Positions 1-9,471 of a DNA stretch of 64,000 nucleotides are shown in pieces. Numbering within the stretch: position 1 is the stretch's first letter; each line of letters begins with the position of its first letter. Below the pieces are notes generated by a model. The model was not told where the DNA came from. It searched no databases and saw nothing but the letters and a program-made list of their open reading frames with translations. This DNA is from Nannocystis bainbridge (GTDB lineage Bacteria > Myxococcota_A > Polyangia > Nannocystales > Nannocystaceae), in contig NZ_JAQNDL010000001.1 of the NCBI RefSeq assembly GCF_028368995.1, positions 2,304,001 through 2,368,000 on the forward strand, written 5' to 3'. A program made the translations under genes and the position numbers.

Positions 1-21
1 CGCGGCCAACAGGAGCCCTGT

Positions 22-1341
22 ATGACCGAGACCTGTCCTGCCTCGACCTCCCCCGCCCGCGATCCCGTCGCCGCCATGAACTCCATCCCGGTGGTTCAGG
101 ACATCTCCCCCCCCAACGCCGAGCGCGTCGTTCGCCAGGTCGCGCTCCGCGTCGTCGCAGGCCCCGAAGCAGGCCGTATCTTTACGTTCGATCACGAAAT
201 CGCCGGCGGTCCGCTCCGTGGCGGACGAAGCGAGCTCTGCGACCTCGTGCTCCGCGATCCGCGGGTCAGCGACCTGCACTTTCAGCTCGCCGCGCAGCGC
301 GGGGGGCTGATCGTCCGAGACCTCGACAGCGCCACCGGCATCCTCGTCGGCGACATTCGCGTGCGCGAGGCCTTGCTGACCCCCGGGGCATGCTTCTCTG
401 TCGGGGGCACCCGCCTCGAGCTGGTCGCGCTCGAGCTCTGCGACGTGCCCCTGCCGCCATTTTGTCGCTTCGGCGACCTTGACGGCAGCAGCACGGCGAT
501 GCGGCTGCTGTTCTACCGCCTGGCCGAGCTGATGGCGCGACCCGGGCGCTGTCACGGGCTGTTCTCCGGCGAGGCCGGGACAGGCAAGGCCCTCGCCGCT
601 CGCAGCCTCCACCTCATGGGTCCCGATCGGGACGCACCCTTCGTCGTCGTCGATCTGCGCCGCCTCCCCCGCGATCAAATCGACACCGAGCTGTTCGGAA
701 CACCGGCCCGTCGCGGGCGGCTGGCCGAGGCCGCCGGCGGCACGCTGCTCTTGCAAGCCGTCGACGAGCTCCCGCTGGCTTCCCAGGCCGCCCTCGATCG
801 TGCCCTTATCGCCGCTCCCGTCCGGCTCCTCGCCACCGCCCGGCGCGACTTGCAGCGCCTTGCCGCTGCCGGCCTGTTCGACCGCGACCTACACGCGCGC
901 CTCGGCGGCTTCCACGTCGTGCTCGCTCCCCTGCGCGAGCGGGGTCGGGATGTCGTGCTCCTGGCCGAGCGGCTCCTGCTTCGCCTCGGGGTCGACGGCC
1001 GGAGCCGCACGCTCACCGCCGAGGCCGTCGCAGCCATGCGCGAGTACTCGTGGCCAGGCAACGTGCGCGAGCTCGAGTTCGTGGTCGAGCGCGCCCGTCT
1101 GGCCACGGACGGCGCGGTGATCGAGCGCGCCGACCTCGGCCTCGGCCGCGACCTCGACCCGAACCTGGCCCGGGTGGCCGCGCTCATGCACAGCACTCAC
1201 CACGAGGCCGTCGCCGGCTTCGAGACGCTCTATTTCCGTCATCAACTGTGCGCCCACCGGACCAAGATCGCCGCGGCCAGGGCGGCAGGAATGACCGGCG
1301 AGGGGTTTCGCCTGGCGTGCCGCCGCGTCCGGGTGTTCTGA
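22..1341 (+). CDS. FHA-domain sigma54-interaction (bEBP-like) transcriptional regulator, degenerate
   Basis: N-terminal FHA (GGRSELCDLVLRDPRVSDLHF), Walker A GEAGTGK, YSWPGNVREL motif, C-terminal HTH; GAFTGA loop absent. Start uncertain (alternative Met at 76). Confidence 0.8.
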   Translation: MTETCPASTSPARDPVAAMNSIPVVQDISPPNAERVVRQVALRVVAGPEAGRIFTFDHEIAGGPLRGGRSELCDLVLRDPRVSDLHFQLAAQRGGLIVRDLDSATGILVGDIRVREALLTPGACFSVGGTRLELVALELCDVPLPPFCRFGDLDGSSTAMRLLFYRLAELMARPGRCHGLFSGEAGTGKALAARSLHLMGPDRDAPFVVVDLRRLPRDQIDTELFGTPARRGRLAEAAGGTLLLQAVDELPLASQAALDRALIAAPVRLLATARRDLQRLAAAGLFDRDLHARLGGFHVVLAPLRERGRDVVLLAERLLLRLGVDGRSRTLTAEAVAAMREYSWPGNVRELEFVVERARLATDGAVIERADLGLGRDLDPNLARVAALMHSTHHEAVAGFETLYFRHQLCAHRTKIAAARAAGMTGEGFRLACRRVRVF

Positions 1342-1547
1342 GAGAGCCTGTCATGTCCGACGATTCGCCTCGCAAATCGACGCCGGCGGCCGACGCTCCA
1401 CCCGGACCTCCGCCACACGTGACGAGCGCGAAGGCGGCGCCGCCAGCCGCTGACCACGTCGGAGAGCTCTTACCTGCCGCGCCAGACAACACCAAGGTCC
1501 GCCACGCGCGGCCCTGGGCTCCTGCCCCGATCGGTCACGCGCGGACT

Positions 1548-2468
1548 TCAGGAGGTCTGCTTGGCCAGCGCCTGCGACAGCGCCACGGCCAAAGGCCGCG
1601 TCATCCGCTCGACGTGCGCGGCGCTGATCGGCGACTCGCCGAACGGGACGAACGGGTCGGCCAGCAGCCCCCGGTTGAGCTCGACGCACAGCACCTGACC
1701 CGGATAGGCCCGTGCGTAGTGATAACCCATGGTCGCGGGGTGGAGCTTGTACGTCACGTTCTCGCGCGCGTCGACGTTGATGGCAGCGAAGGCCGCCTGC
1801 ACCGCCCCGACCAGCTCCCGCGACGACCACAGCGTGCCCTCGCCGTCGGCGGTGATCAGGTCGACCGCCGGTCGCTCGGGCCAGGTCTCGTAGACCGCGG
1901 GCTCGTACGCGTGCCGCAGCGCCGTGACGATCTCGCCGTCGATGCGATCGATGCCGACGGACCGGGGCGCATACGAGTGCAGCTGCAGCGCCAGGCCGGC
2001 GGTCCCGCACAGCCGGCGATAGGCTCGCTCGGTGAGCGCGTGATAGCTGGCGTGCAGCTGCGACAGCAGCGCCTGGTCGGCCGGCTCCTCGATGTACGCC
2101 GCGACCGCCGGAGTCAGCCCGTCGATGACCGCGCCGCGCTGCGACCCCTCGAAGACGCGGTTGCAATCGATGAAGGTCCGCGGCACCAGGCAACGCAGGA
2201 CAAGCGTGCCGAAGCCCTCGGCCGCCAACGTCTCGCTCAGCCACTGCGCAGATTCGGGGGTGCCGATGTCAGTATTGACATAAAAGAATGCCTCGAGCCC
2301 GACGGGCAGCGTCCCCGTCAGCCGCACCCGCGCTGCCTCGTAATCGGCGGTCCGCGTGGCCCCGTGCGGCAGCTCGACGAGCAGCGTCGACGCGCCGGCC
2401 CGCGGCGGCGTATAGGTGACCTCGCAGACGCCCGGGACGGCGACGAAATCCTCGAATACGGTCGGCAT
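1548..2468 (-). CDS. N-formylglutamate amidohydrolase-like protein
   Basis: ELPHG, NTD, R..IDCNR, LHS and CVE motifs typical of the FGase / Zn-peptidase fold. Confidence 0.65.
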   Translation of the reverse strand: MPTVFEDFVAVPGVCEVTYTPPRAGASTLLVELPHGATRTADYEAARVRLTGTLPVGLEAFFYVNTDIGTPESAQWLSETLAAEGFGTLVLRCLVPRTFIDCNRVFEGSQRGAVIDGLTPAVAAYIEEPADQALLSQLHASYHALTERAYRRLCGTAGLALQLHSYAPRSVGIDRIDGEIVTALRHAYEPAVYETWPERPAVDLITADGEGTLWSSRELVGAVQAAFAAINVDARENVTYKLHPATMGYHYARAYPGQVLCVELNRGLLADPFVPFGESPISAAHVERMTRPLAVALSQALAKQTS

Positions 2469-2525
2469 CGCGCAGCAGCTTGCCCATCCGCTCTCGAGCT
2501 GTCGACCGGCTCGGCTGATGCAGAC

Positions 2526-3629
2526 TCACGCCGGCGCCAGTTGACGCGTCAGCAGCGCCTCGATGCCCGCCCCCCGCACGAAGTCGCGGCACATCGTCTG
2601 CACCTCCCCGGCGCTGTAGCGGAACACGCCCCGCTCTGCGAGCTCGCGGATCCGTCGCCGCTCGCGCCACGAGATCTGGCCGTCGAGCAGGAATCCGATC
2701 ACGATCAGCAGCACCGCCGCGCGGCGCAGTCGCTCCGGCGCCACGGCCAGACGCGCCAGGTAATCCTCGAGCGTCCCGCGATCGGGCTCGACGGCGATCG
2801 CATAGTGCTCGACGAGCGCCTTCGTCAGCGCGAAGTGATTCTGATGGAAGTCTCGCTTGCTGACGGCGATGAACCTGAACGTATCGTAAAGGAGCGCCTT
2901 GTCCTCGGCGCTCGCGGCCAGATCGGCGGGCAGGCGCACGCAAAGGTGCTCGATCAGCTTCTGGCCCATGATGATCACCTTGGCCTCGTGCAGCACCGAA
3001 TGGGTGCTCCAGGCATTGATGGCCATGTAGATCGGCATGCCGGCGAAGTCGAGCACCTCGCGCACGGCGAAGCGCCCGAGCAATCGCTGGACCGCGTAAC
3101 GGAGGAGCTTGCTGCCGAGCCAGCCCTTGAGCCGCAGCAGCAGGTTGACGACGAACAGCAGCGTCGGATTGACGCCGAGGAACGGGTCGATGCCGTACTT
3201 CAGCAGGCCGCGGTGCTTGTTCTCGAGGCCGATGTCGAGGAGCGTGCCCGCGACCTCGGCCTTGTTATGCGGCCCGAGCAACCCCGTCGCCGCCGCGATC
3301 TCGTGCACGCCCCACAGGTTGAGCAGCACCAGCGCGTAGATCTCGATCACCATGAGCAGCAGGCCCCACAGCGTCTCGGCCCACGGAAAGGCGACCTCGC
3401 TGCCGAACAGCGACACCGTGACCGAAGGGAACAGCTCCGGAGCGCTGTACACCGGCATGAAGTACAGCAAAAAACCGACCACGCTCATGGCCGCCGCGCC
3501 CCCCACGGCCGCGCGATGCGTGCGCCGGACGGCCGCGAGCTCCGCGTCGCTGAGCAGGTGCAGCTGACCGTCGCTGGCGATCGTGCGCACGGGCAAGCGG
3601 TCGAAGAAACGGCGGAAAAGCGCGCTCAT
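2526..3629 (-). CDS. hypothetical membrane protein (possible TerB-like C-terminal region)
   Basis: 367-aa ORF with host-like codon usage, several hydrophobic helices and a C-terminal LDGQISWRE motif. Confidence 0.6.
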   Translation of the reverse strand: MSALFRRFFDRLPVRTIASDGQLHLLSDAELAAVRRTHRAAVGGAAAMSVVGFLLYFMPVYSAPELFPSVTVSLFGSEVAFPWAETLWGLLLMVIEIYALVLLNLWGVHEIAAATGLLGPHNKAEVAGTLLDIGLENKHRGLLKYGIDPFLGVNPTLLFVVNLLLRLKGWLGSKLLRYAVQRLLGRFAVREVLDFAGMPIYMAINAWSTHSVLHEAKVIIMGQKLIEHLCVRLPADLAASAEDKALLYDTFRFIAVSKRDFHQNHFALTKALVEHYAIAVEPDRGTLEDYLARLAVAPERLRRAAVLLIVIGFLLDGQISWRERRRIRELAERGVFRYSAGEVQTMCRDFVRGAGIEALLTRQLAPA

Positions 3630-3904
3630 GAGTTTCGCTCTCCACTATCACGGCGCGGCGACGGTTCGCTACGGCGTCACGATCGCGCGCGGCCGCAACC
3701 ACCGCGCATCCTGGCCCGCATCGCCCATCACCAGGCACGCGAGCCCCTCACGGGGGGTCGGCGCCGCACAGCCCCGAGACCCAGGCGGGGCTCCGACCAC
3801 CGCCCCCCGGCCTCGATCGCACCCGCCATCGATCATGAGCCCCCGACAAGGATCATGACATGACCCGAAGGACATGTCACCCGCAACGCCTCCGCACGGC
3901 CGCC

Positions 3905-4690
3905 TCACTCCGGACGACGGGCCGAGCTGTCCGCCAGCACCTGGGCGCACAGCACCAGCAGCGCCAGCGGAGCGCTCGCGGCCACGGTCGGCCACCACAC
4001 CCCGCGCGCCAGCTCGCTGCCGCTGCGCGCCAGCAGCTTCCCCCAGCTCGGCAGCTCCGGGGCGCTCGCCCCGAGGTAGGCCAGAAGCGCCTCGACCTTG
4101 ACCGCATGCGCGAACAGCACCACCAGCGCCGACAGCAGCACCGGCCGCAACGCGGGGACCACGTGCCAGCCGATCTGGTGCAGCGCGCCGGCGCCCATCG
4201 CCTCGGCCGCACGGTAGTAATCGGCGACGCGCAGCCGCTGACCCTCAGCCCGGGCGGCCCGGAACACCCCCGTCCACTGCGTCACGGCGATCGCCACCAC
4301 CACGGTCGCCACGCCGGGCCCGAGAGCCAGAGCCATCGCCAGCAGCGCGACCACGGGCGGCACCGCGGCGAACGCATCCGTGGCCCCCGACAGCAGGCGG
4401 TCGGTCCACCCCCCACGGAGCCCGGCCCAGGCCCCCAGCAGCCCGCCGACCGCCACTGCGCCCGCCGCCCCGCCGACGCCCGCGACCAGCGAGACGCGCG
4501 CTCCCTGCACCACCTGGGCGAACAGGTCGTAGCCGAGCGCGTCGGTCCCCAGCCATGCAGCTGTCCCCGGGGACATGTACGGCCGGCCCACCGGCACGTC
4601 CCACGCCTGCGCCCACAGCCCTGCGGCCGCCCCCGAGGCGAGCACGGCGAACCCACCGAGCCCGAGCAGCGCCAGGCGACCGCCGAGCAT
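3905..4690 (-). CDS. peptide/nickel ABC transporter permease (DppC/OppC-like)
   Basis: WLGTDALGYDLF..VVQGARVSL, EAA-like loop AAEAMGA, PSWG motif; start uncertain (4690 or 4738). Confidence 0.85.
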   Translation of the reverse strand: MLGGRLALLGLGGFAVLASGAAAGLWAQAWDVPVGRPYMSPGTAAWLGTDALGYDLFAQVVQGARVSLVAGVGGAAGAVAVGGLLGAWAGLRGGWTDRLLSGATDAFAAVPPVVALLAMALALGPGVATVVVAIAVTQWTGVFRAARAEGQRLRVADYYRAAEAMGAGALHQIGWHVVPALRPVLLSALVVLFAHAVKVEALLAYLGASAPELPSWGKLLARSGSELARGVWWPTVAASAPLALLVLCAQVLADSSARRPE

Positions 4691-4864
4691 CAGCCTCACG
4701 CGCTGCCTCCGACTGAGACTACATGCGCGTTTCGACATGTCTCAAAGAACACATTGTCGCACCAGCCCGTGCCCGCCGCTGATGCACGGACAGGTTGTCC
4801 TTCGTGCCACGTCCTCGCGGAGGCCACGCTCATGCTCCGCTCCGCGAGCATCGCTCCGCCCCCA

Positions 4865-5827
4865 TCAGTTCACGTCCCTTCGGCGGACGCGCGGATCGAT
4901 CCACCAGACCACCGCGTCGCACAGCGCCTGGCCGGCGATCGTCACCGCCGCGGTCGCAACCGCGATCGCCTGCACCAGCGCCGCGTCGGCTTCGTGGATC
5001 GCCGCGACCAACAGCGCCCCGAGCCCGGGGATGTTGAAGAGCTCCTCGATCACCACGCTGCCGACCACCACGTGCGAGATTCGCTGGCCGATGCGGGCCA
5101 CGACCGGGCCGACCGCAGCGCGCAGCACATGTCCGGCGATCCGCCGCTCCGGCACCCCGCGCGCGCGCAGGCCGTCGAGGTGCGGGGCCGCCAGCTCGCG
5201 CTCGAACACCGCCCGGTAGTGGCGCACGTCGGGTCCCCACTGCAGCAGCGCCCACACCAGCGCGGGCAGCATCACATAGGCCAGCGGGCTCTTGTCGGCG
5301 CCCGCGAGCGGCCAGCCGAGCACCGGGAACCAGCCGAGGCGGTGGGCCAGCACGTGCTGCGCCAGCACCACCACGATCACGCTCGAGGTGCTGAGCACCG
5401 CCGTCGAGAGCCCGCTCAGCGCCCGGTCGACCGCGCGCCGCCGGGCCGCCGCCAGCCCGCCGTTCACCGCCGCTGCTGTCCCGAGCAGCCAGCCGGGCAG
5501 GGCGTAGGCGAGCGTCGGCCCCAGCGCCTGCAGCATCAGCGGCCCGGCCGGGGCGCCGCGCGCCTGGCTCGCCCCGAAGTCGAACGTGATGGCCCTTGCG
5601 ACATGTTCCAGGAGACGTGTCCCAAAGGACCGGTCGAGCCCCATCGCCACGCGCAGGGACTCGCGCGCCTCCGGGCTGGCGCCGCGACCGAGGCGCAGCG
5701 CGGCCGGGTCGGCCAGCCACTCGAAGGTCAGGAACACCAGCACCGCCACCAGCGCCAGCGAGGCGACCGCGACCACCAGGCGCCGCAGCACGGCCGGCCA
5801 GGGGATCGACGCGGGCCGGGCGGACAT
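4865..5827 (-). CDS. peptide ABC transporter permease (DppB/OppB-like)
   Basis: DPA..LG, DFGAS, RARG...HVLRAA, VIEELFNIPGLG motifs. Confidence 0.85.
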   Translation of the reverse strand: MSARPASIPWPAVLRRLVVAVASLALVAVLVFLTFEWLADPAALRLGRGASPEARESLRVAMGLDRSFGTRLLEHVARAITFDFGASQARGAPAGPLMLQALGPTLAYALPGWLLGTAAAVNGGLAAARRRAVDRALSGLSTAVLSTSSVIVVVLAQHVLAHRLGWFPVLGWPLAGADKSPLAYVMLPALVWALLQWGPDVRHYRAVFERELAAPHLDGLRARGVPERRIAGHVLRAAVGPVVARIGQRISHVVVGSVVIEELFNIPGLGALLVAAIHEADAALVQAIAVATAAVTIAGQALCDAVVWWIDPRVRRRDVN

Positions 5828-5833
5828 GGCCTT

Positions 5834-6379
5834 TCAGACAGGTCGCAGCGGGAACCCGGCCTCGATGCGGTAGGCCGAGCCGTGGTGCGTCTTCGTGCTC
5901 GAGAACAGCAGCACGCGCTCGACCGGGAACAGCTCGGTGCGGACCAGCGCGTGCTCGGTCAGGTAGACCATCACGTCGTCGAGCTCGCAGTCGGCGACCC
6001 GGGCGATCGTCACGTGCGGGATGAACTTGCGCGGGTCGGGCGGCACCCCGGGGACCTTGCGCAAGCAGGCGTCGATCTTGTGGCGCAGGGCCAGCAGCGG
6101 CTCCGGATCGGCCAGCCCGGCCCACACCGAGGTCGGCTCCCCGCGGGGCGGGAACATGCCCATGCCCTTGAGGCCGAGCATGAACGACGGGCTGTCGAGC
6201 TCCTGCAGCGCGTCGACGATCTCGCGGTGGACCCGCCCGTCGACCTCGCCGATGAAGCGCAGCGTCAGATGAAACTTCTCGGCGCCCTCCCAGCGGGCTT
6301 CGGGCAGGCCGTAACACATCATTTCGAGGTGATCGTCGACCCCGGACGGCAGGTCGATCCCGATGAAGAGGCGCGGCAC
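5834..6379 (-). CDS. thpR: RNA 2',3'-cyclic phosphodiesterase (2H family)
   Basis: RLFIGI start and two HxT motifs (HLTLRF, PHVTIAR). Confidence 0.9.
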   Translation of the reverse strand: MPRLFIGIDLPSGVDDHLEMMCYGLPEARWEGAEKFHLTLRFIGEVDGRVHREIVDALQELDSPSFMLGLKGMGMFPPRGEPTSVWAGLADPEPLLALRHKIDACLRKVPGVPPDPRKFIPHVTIARVADCELDDVMVYLTEHALVRTELFPVERVLLFSSTKTHHGSAYRIEAGFPLRPV

Positions 6380-6412
6380 CCGGCCACTATAACGCGAACC
6401 GCCCCGGCCCGC

Positions 6413-6982
6413 TCACGGCGCGTCCGGCGGCTCGTGGCTCGGGCGCCCGCGGGCCAGCTTGCGCTGCAGGCTGCGGCGGTGCATCCCCAGCCGCCGCGCC
6501 GCCTCCGACACGTTGCCGTTGCAGTCGGTCAGCACCTGCTGCAGGTGCTCCCACTCGAGCTCGTCGAGCGGCTTGGCCGCGTGCGGGCTCGGCGGCTCGA
6601 CGATGGTCGGCTCGACGCGCTCGAACGCCCGCAAGATCTCGTCGGGCTCGGCCGGCTTGGTCAGGTAGTAGGTCGCCCCCAGCTTGATCGCCTCGATCGC
6701 CGAGGCGATGCTGCCGAAGCCCGTCAACACCACGATCGCCATCGTCGGGTCGAGCCGGCGCAGCGCCGCCACCAGCTCGAGGCCGCCGCGGCCCGGCATG
6801 CGCAGGTCGACCACCGCGCGGTCCGGCGCCCACGCCTCCGCCTCGGCCATCGCGTCTTCGAAGTTGTGGGCCACGATCGACGCGCAGCCGCGGCGGCGCA
6901 GCGAGCCGGCCAGGGCGGCGCAGAACAGTTTGTCGTCGTCGACTACGAGCACCGTACTGTGGCTGTCCTCTGCCTCCGGCAT
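6413..6982 (-). CDS. response regulator, RegA/PrrA/ActR family
   Basis: REC domain (VVDDD, DLRMP, LTKP) plus WEHLQQVL..CNGNVSEAARRLGMHRRSLQRKL Fis-type HTH; start approximate. Confidence 0.9.
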   Translation of the reverse strand: MPEAEDSHSTVLVVDDDKLFCAALAGSLRRRGCASIVAHNFEDAMAEAEAWAPDRAVVDLRMPGRGGLELVAALRRLDPTMAIVVLTGFGSIASAIEAIKLGATYYLTKPAEPDEILRAFERVEPTIVEPPSPHAAKPLDELEWEHLQQVLTDCNGNVSEAARRLGMHRRSLQRKLARGRPSHEPPDAP

Positions 6983-7048
6983 CTCGCGCTCCTCTGCCGC
7001 AAGCATCCCGCGCCCGTGACGTCGCGGCAAGTCTGCGGCCGCGCGGCC

Positions 7049-8362
7049 TCAGCCGCCGCGACCGTCGGTCGCACCGTCGCGCAGGGCCTCGCGCAGCGGG
7101 AAGCGGACCGTCGTCGTGGTCCCGCGGCCGTGCTCCGACTCGAGCTCGATCGTGCCGCCGAGCTTGCGCAGGTGGGCCCGGGCCAAAAACAACCCCAGGC
7201 CCATGCCTTTGCCCTCCGGCTTGGTCGAGAAGAACGGATCGAACGCCGCCGTGACCGCCTCCGGCGCCATGCCCACCCCGTCGTCCCGCACCCGCAGCAG
7301 CGCCTGGTCCGCCACCACGTCGATCACCACCCGCACCCCCGTGCTGCCCGGCTTGGCGCGGCAGGCGTCGACCGCGTTGGTGCCGACCGCCCGCACGATC
7401 TGCAGCACCACGTCCTGGGGCTGCGTCGTCGTCGCCGCCGCCCCGTCCGGCGCCAGCTCGATCTTTACTTCGCCGCCGAGCGAGCGCAGCTCTTCGCCGA
7501 GCTCGGCCAGCGGCCACGCCTCGGCGGCGGCGGCCAGGCTGCCGACGCGCAGCTCGGGCGACGACATCTGCTGCAGGATGTGCTTGCAGCGGGCCAGCTC
7601 GTGCCGAATCGTCTGCATCGCCTCGCTCTGCTCGCGCGAGTCCATCACCGGCAGGTCGGTCACCAGCACGCCGATCGTCGCCAGCGGCGAGCCGAGCTCG
7701 TGGGCTGCCCCGGCGGCCAGAGTCCCGAGCGCGGCCAGCTGGCGGTCCTGCTGGGCCGTCAAGCGCAGCCGCTCGAGCTCGGCCCGCTGACGCGCCAGCG
7801 AGATGGCGATGCGGTGCACGAAGTAGATCACGAACGCCGCCGAAATGCCGAACGCCACCCACATGCCGCGGATGTGGCCGAGGAAGTGCTCCTCGTGGCC
7901 GGGCGGGCCGACCGGCGCCGGGCCGAGCACGAACAGGCTGGCGAACCCGAGCAGGCACGCGCCGCCGATCGCCCACGCCCACCCCGGCGACAGCTGGATC
8001 GCCAGCGTCATCGGCACGAAGTACATCGAAGTGAACGCGTTCGAGACCCCGCCGGACAGCGCCAGCAGGGCGGTCAACGCCGCCGCGTCGAGCAGCAGGT
8101 GGCTGCCCGCCAGCGACATCGTGGCCCGCCCGCGCGCGAGCACGCGGCGGGCCACGAACAGGTTGGCTCCCGCCATGAGCCCCACGACAATGCTGGTCCC
8201 GATCGGCTCCGGCTGCGGCGGGAACCACGACACGATCTGGCGGAACAACGTCGGCCGCACCAGCTGCAGCGTCCAGCCCAGCGCGATGAGGCCGAGCATC
8301 ACCCAGCGGGCCACCACGAACAGCCGCAGCGTGATCTGGACCGAGCTCGTGAGCCGTTGCAT
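7049..8362 (-). CDS. sensor histidine kinase, RegB/PrrB family
   Basis: GGVSNAF membrane motif, AAGAAHELGSPL H-box, DDGVG, FFSTKPEGKGMGLGL; adjacent to the RegA-like gene. Confidence 0.88.
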   Translation of the reverse strand: MQRLTSSVQITLRLFVVARWVMLGLIALGWTLQLVRPTLFRQIVSWFPPQPEPIGTSIVVGLMAGANLFVARRVLARGRATMSLAGSHLLLDAAALTALLALSGGVSNAFTSMYFVPMTLAIQLSPGWAWAIGGACLLGFASLFVLGPAPVGPPGHEEHFLGHIRGMWVAFGISAAFVIYFVHRIAISLARQRAELERLRLTAQQDRQLAALGTLAAGAAHELGSPLATIGVLVTDLPVMDSREQSEAMQTIRHELARCKHILQQMSSPELRVGSLAAAAEAWPLAELGEELRSLGGEVKIELAPDGAAATTTQPQDVVLQIVRAVGTNAVDACRAKPGSTGVRVVIDVVADQALLRVRDDGVGMAPEAVTAAFDPFFSTKPEGKGMGLGLFLARAHLRKLGGTIELESEHGRGTTTTVRFPLREALRDGATDGRGG

Positions 8363-8449
8363 CGCGCGACCATGCCACAAAAGCCGCGCCGCGTTCGGCC
8401 GCGCGCCGGCTTGCGACCGCCGGTCGCGCGGGTGTGCTACCGTCGCGCC

Positions 8450-9427
8450 ATGCGTCGTGCCCTGGTCTGTCTTATGCTTTTGTCCGCCTGCCCCGAACCG
8501 GCCCCCGCGGAGGGCACGTGGGAGATCGTCGAAAAGGGCCTGCCCGGCGCCCTGATGAGCGTGTGGGGCAGCGGCGCCGACGACATTTGGATCGTCGGTG
8601 CCGACGCCGGCGACGGTCCGGCGGTCAAGCACTGGGACGGCGCCGCCTGGGCCGAGCTCGACGCCGGCAGCCCCGGGCACCTTTGGTGGGTCAGCGGCCG
8701 CGGCGACGGGATCTGGATGTCCGGCGACGGTGGGCGCGTGCTTCGATATGACCGCAAGGACATGTCCTTCGAGACATGGACAGCGCCCTCGCCCGAGCGG
8801 CTGTACGGGGTGTTCCCGCTGGCCGAGGACGACGTGTGGGCGTGCGGCAGCGACGAGCAGAACACCGCCGGCGTGATCTGGCGCTATGACGGCGCCGCCT
8901 GGGCCGCACCGGCGGGCCTCACGCCGGAGCTGATGGCCGGCTTCGCCTGCTTCAAGATCTGGGGCTCCGGTCCGGACGATCTATGGTTCGTCGGTTACGG
9001 CGGGGTCGTCCTGCGCTACCAGGGCGGGACCTGGAGCCGCATCGAGCTGCCTGCCGACAGACCGCTGTTCACCGTGCATGGCGCGGGCGACGAGGTCTTC
9101 GCCGTCGGCGGGGCGGTCTCGGGCTACGTCGTCGAGCTCGGGGACCAGAGCGCCCGCGACGTCACCCCGAAGGGCGAGGTCCCGCAGCTCGCGGGCGTCT
9201 ATTTGGGCGAAACCGCCACGGTCGCGGCCGGGCTCGAGGGGGCGATCTGGCAGCGCGGGGATGACGGTGTTTGGGCCGCCATCGAAGCTGCCCCGACCAC
9301 CCCGCTGGAGTACCATGCCGTCTACGCCGACCCCGAGGGCGGCATCTGGGCCGTGGGCGGCCGGATCTACACCGGCAACCTGAGCGACGGACTGCTCACC
9401 CATTACGGCCCCCCGCTCCCGCAGTGA
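8450..9427 (+). CDS. secreted beta-propeller lipoprotein (WGS..D.W repeats)
   Basis: 3' part of ORF 3860-9427; ATG at 8450, lipobox LSAC, repeated VWGSGADDIW / IWGSGPDDLW. Confidence 0.75.
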   Translation: MRRALVCLMLLSACPEPAPAEGTWEIVEKGLPGALMSVWGSGADDIWIVGADAGDGPAVKHWDGAAWAELDAGSPGHLWWVSGRGDGIWMSGDGGRVLRYDRKDMSFETWTAPSPERLYGVFPLAEDDVWACGSDEQNTAGVIWRYDGAAWAAPAGLTPELMAGFACFKIWGSGPDDLWFVGYGGVVLRYQGGTWSRIELPADRPLFTVHGAGDEVFAVGGAVSGYVVELGDQSARDVTPKGEVPQLAGVYLGETATVAAGLEGAIWQRGDDGVWAAIEAAPTTPLEYHAVYADPEGGIWAVGGRIYTGNLSDGLLTHYGPPLPQ

Positions 9428-9471
9428 ATGCTTACACCTGCCGCTTAAACCCCAACCATCGGTAGCTCAAG

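Noticed and set aside
1050-8449. Very long ORFs such as 1050-3863, the 5' part of 3860-9427, 17532-21146, 29821-33294 and 33495-38027
   Set aside because: These are shadow frames of real opposite-strand genes in high-GC DNA, with Arg/Pro/Ala-rich translations and no motifs.
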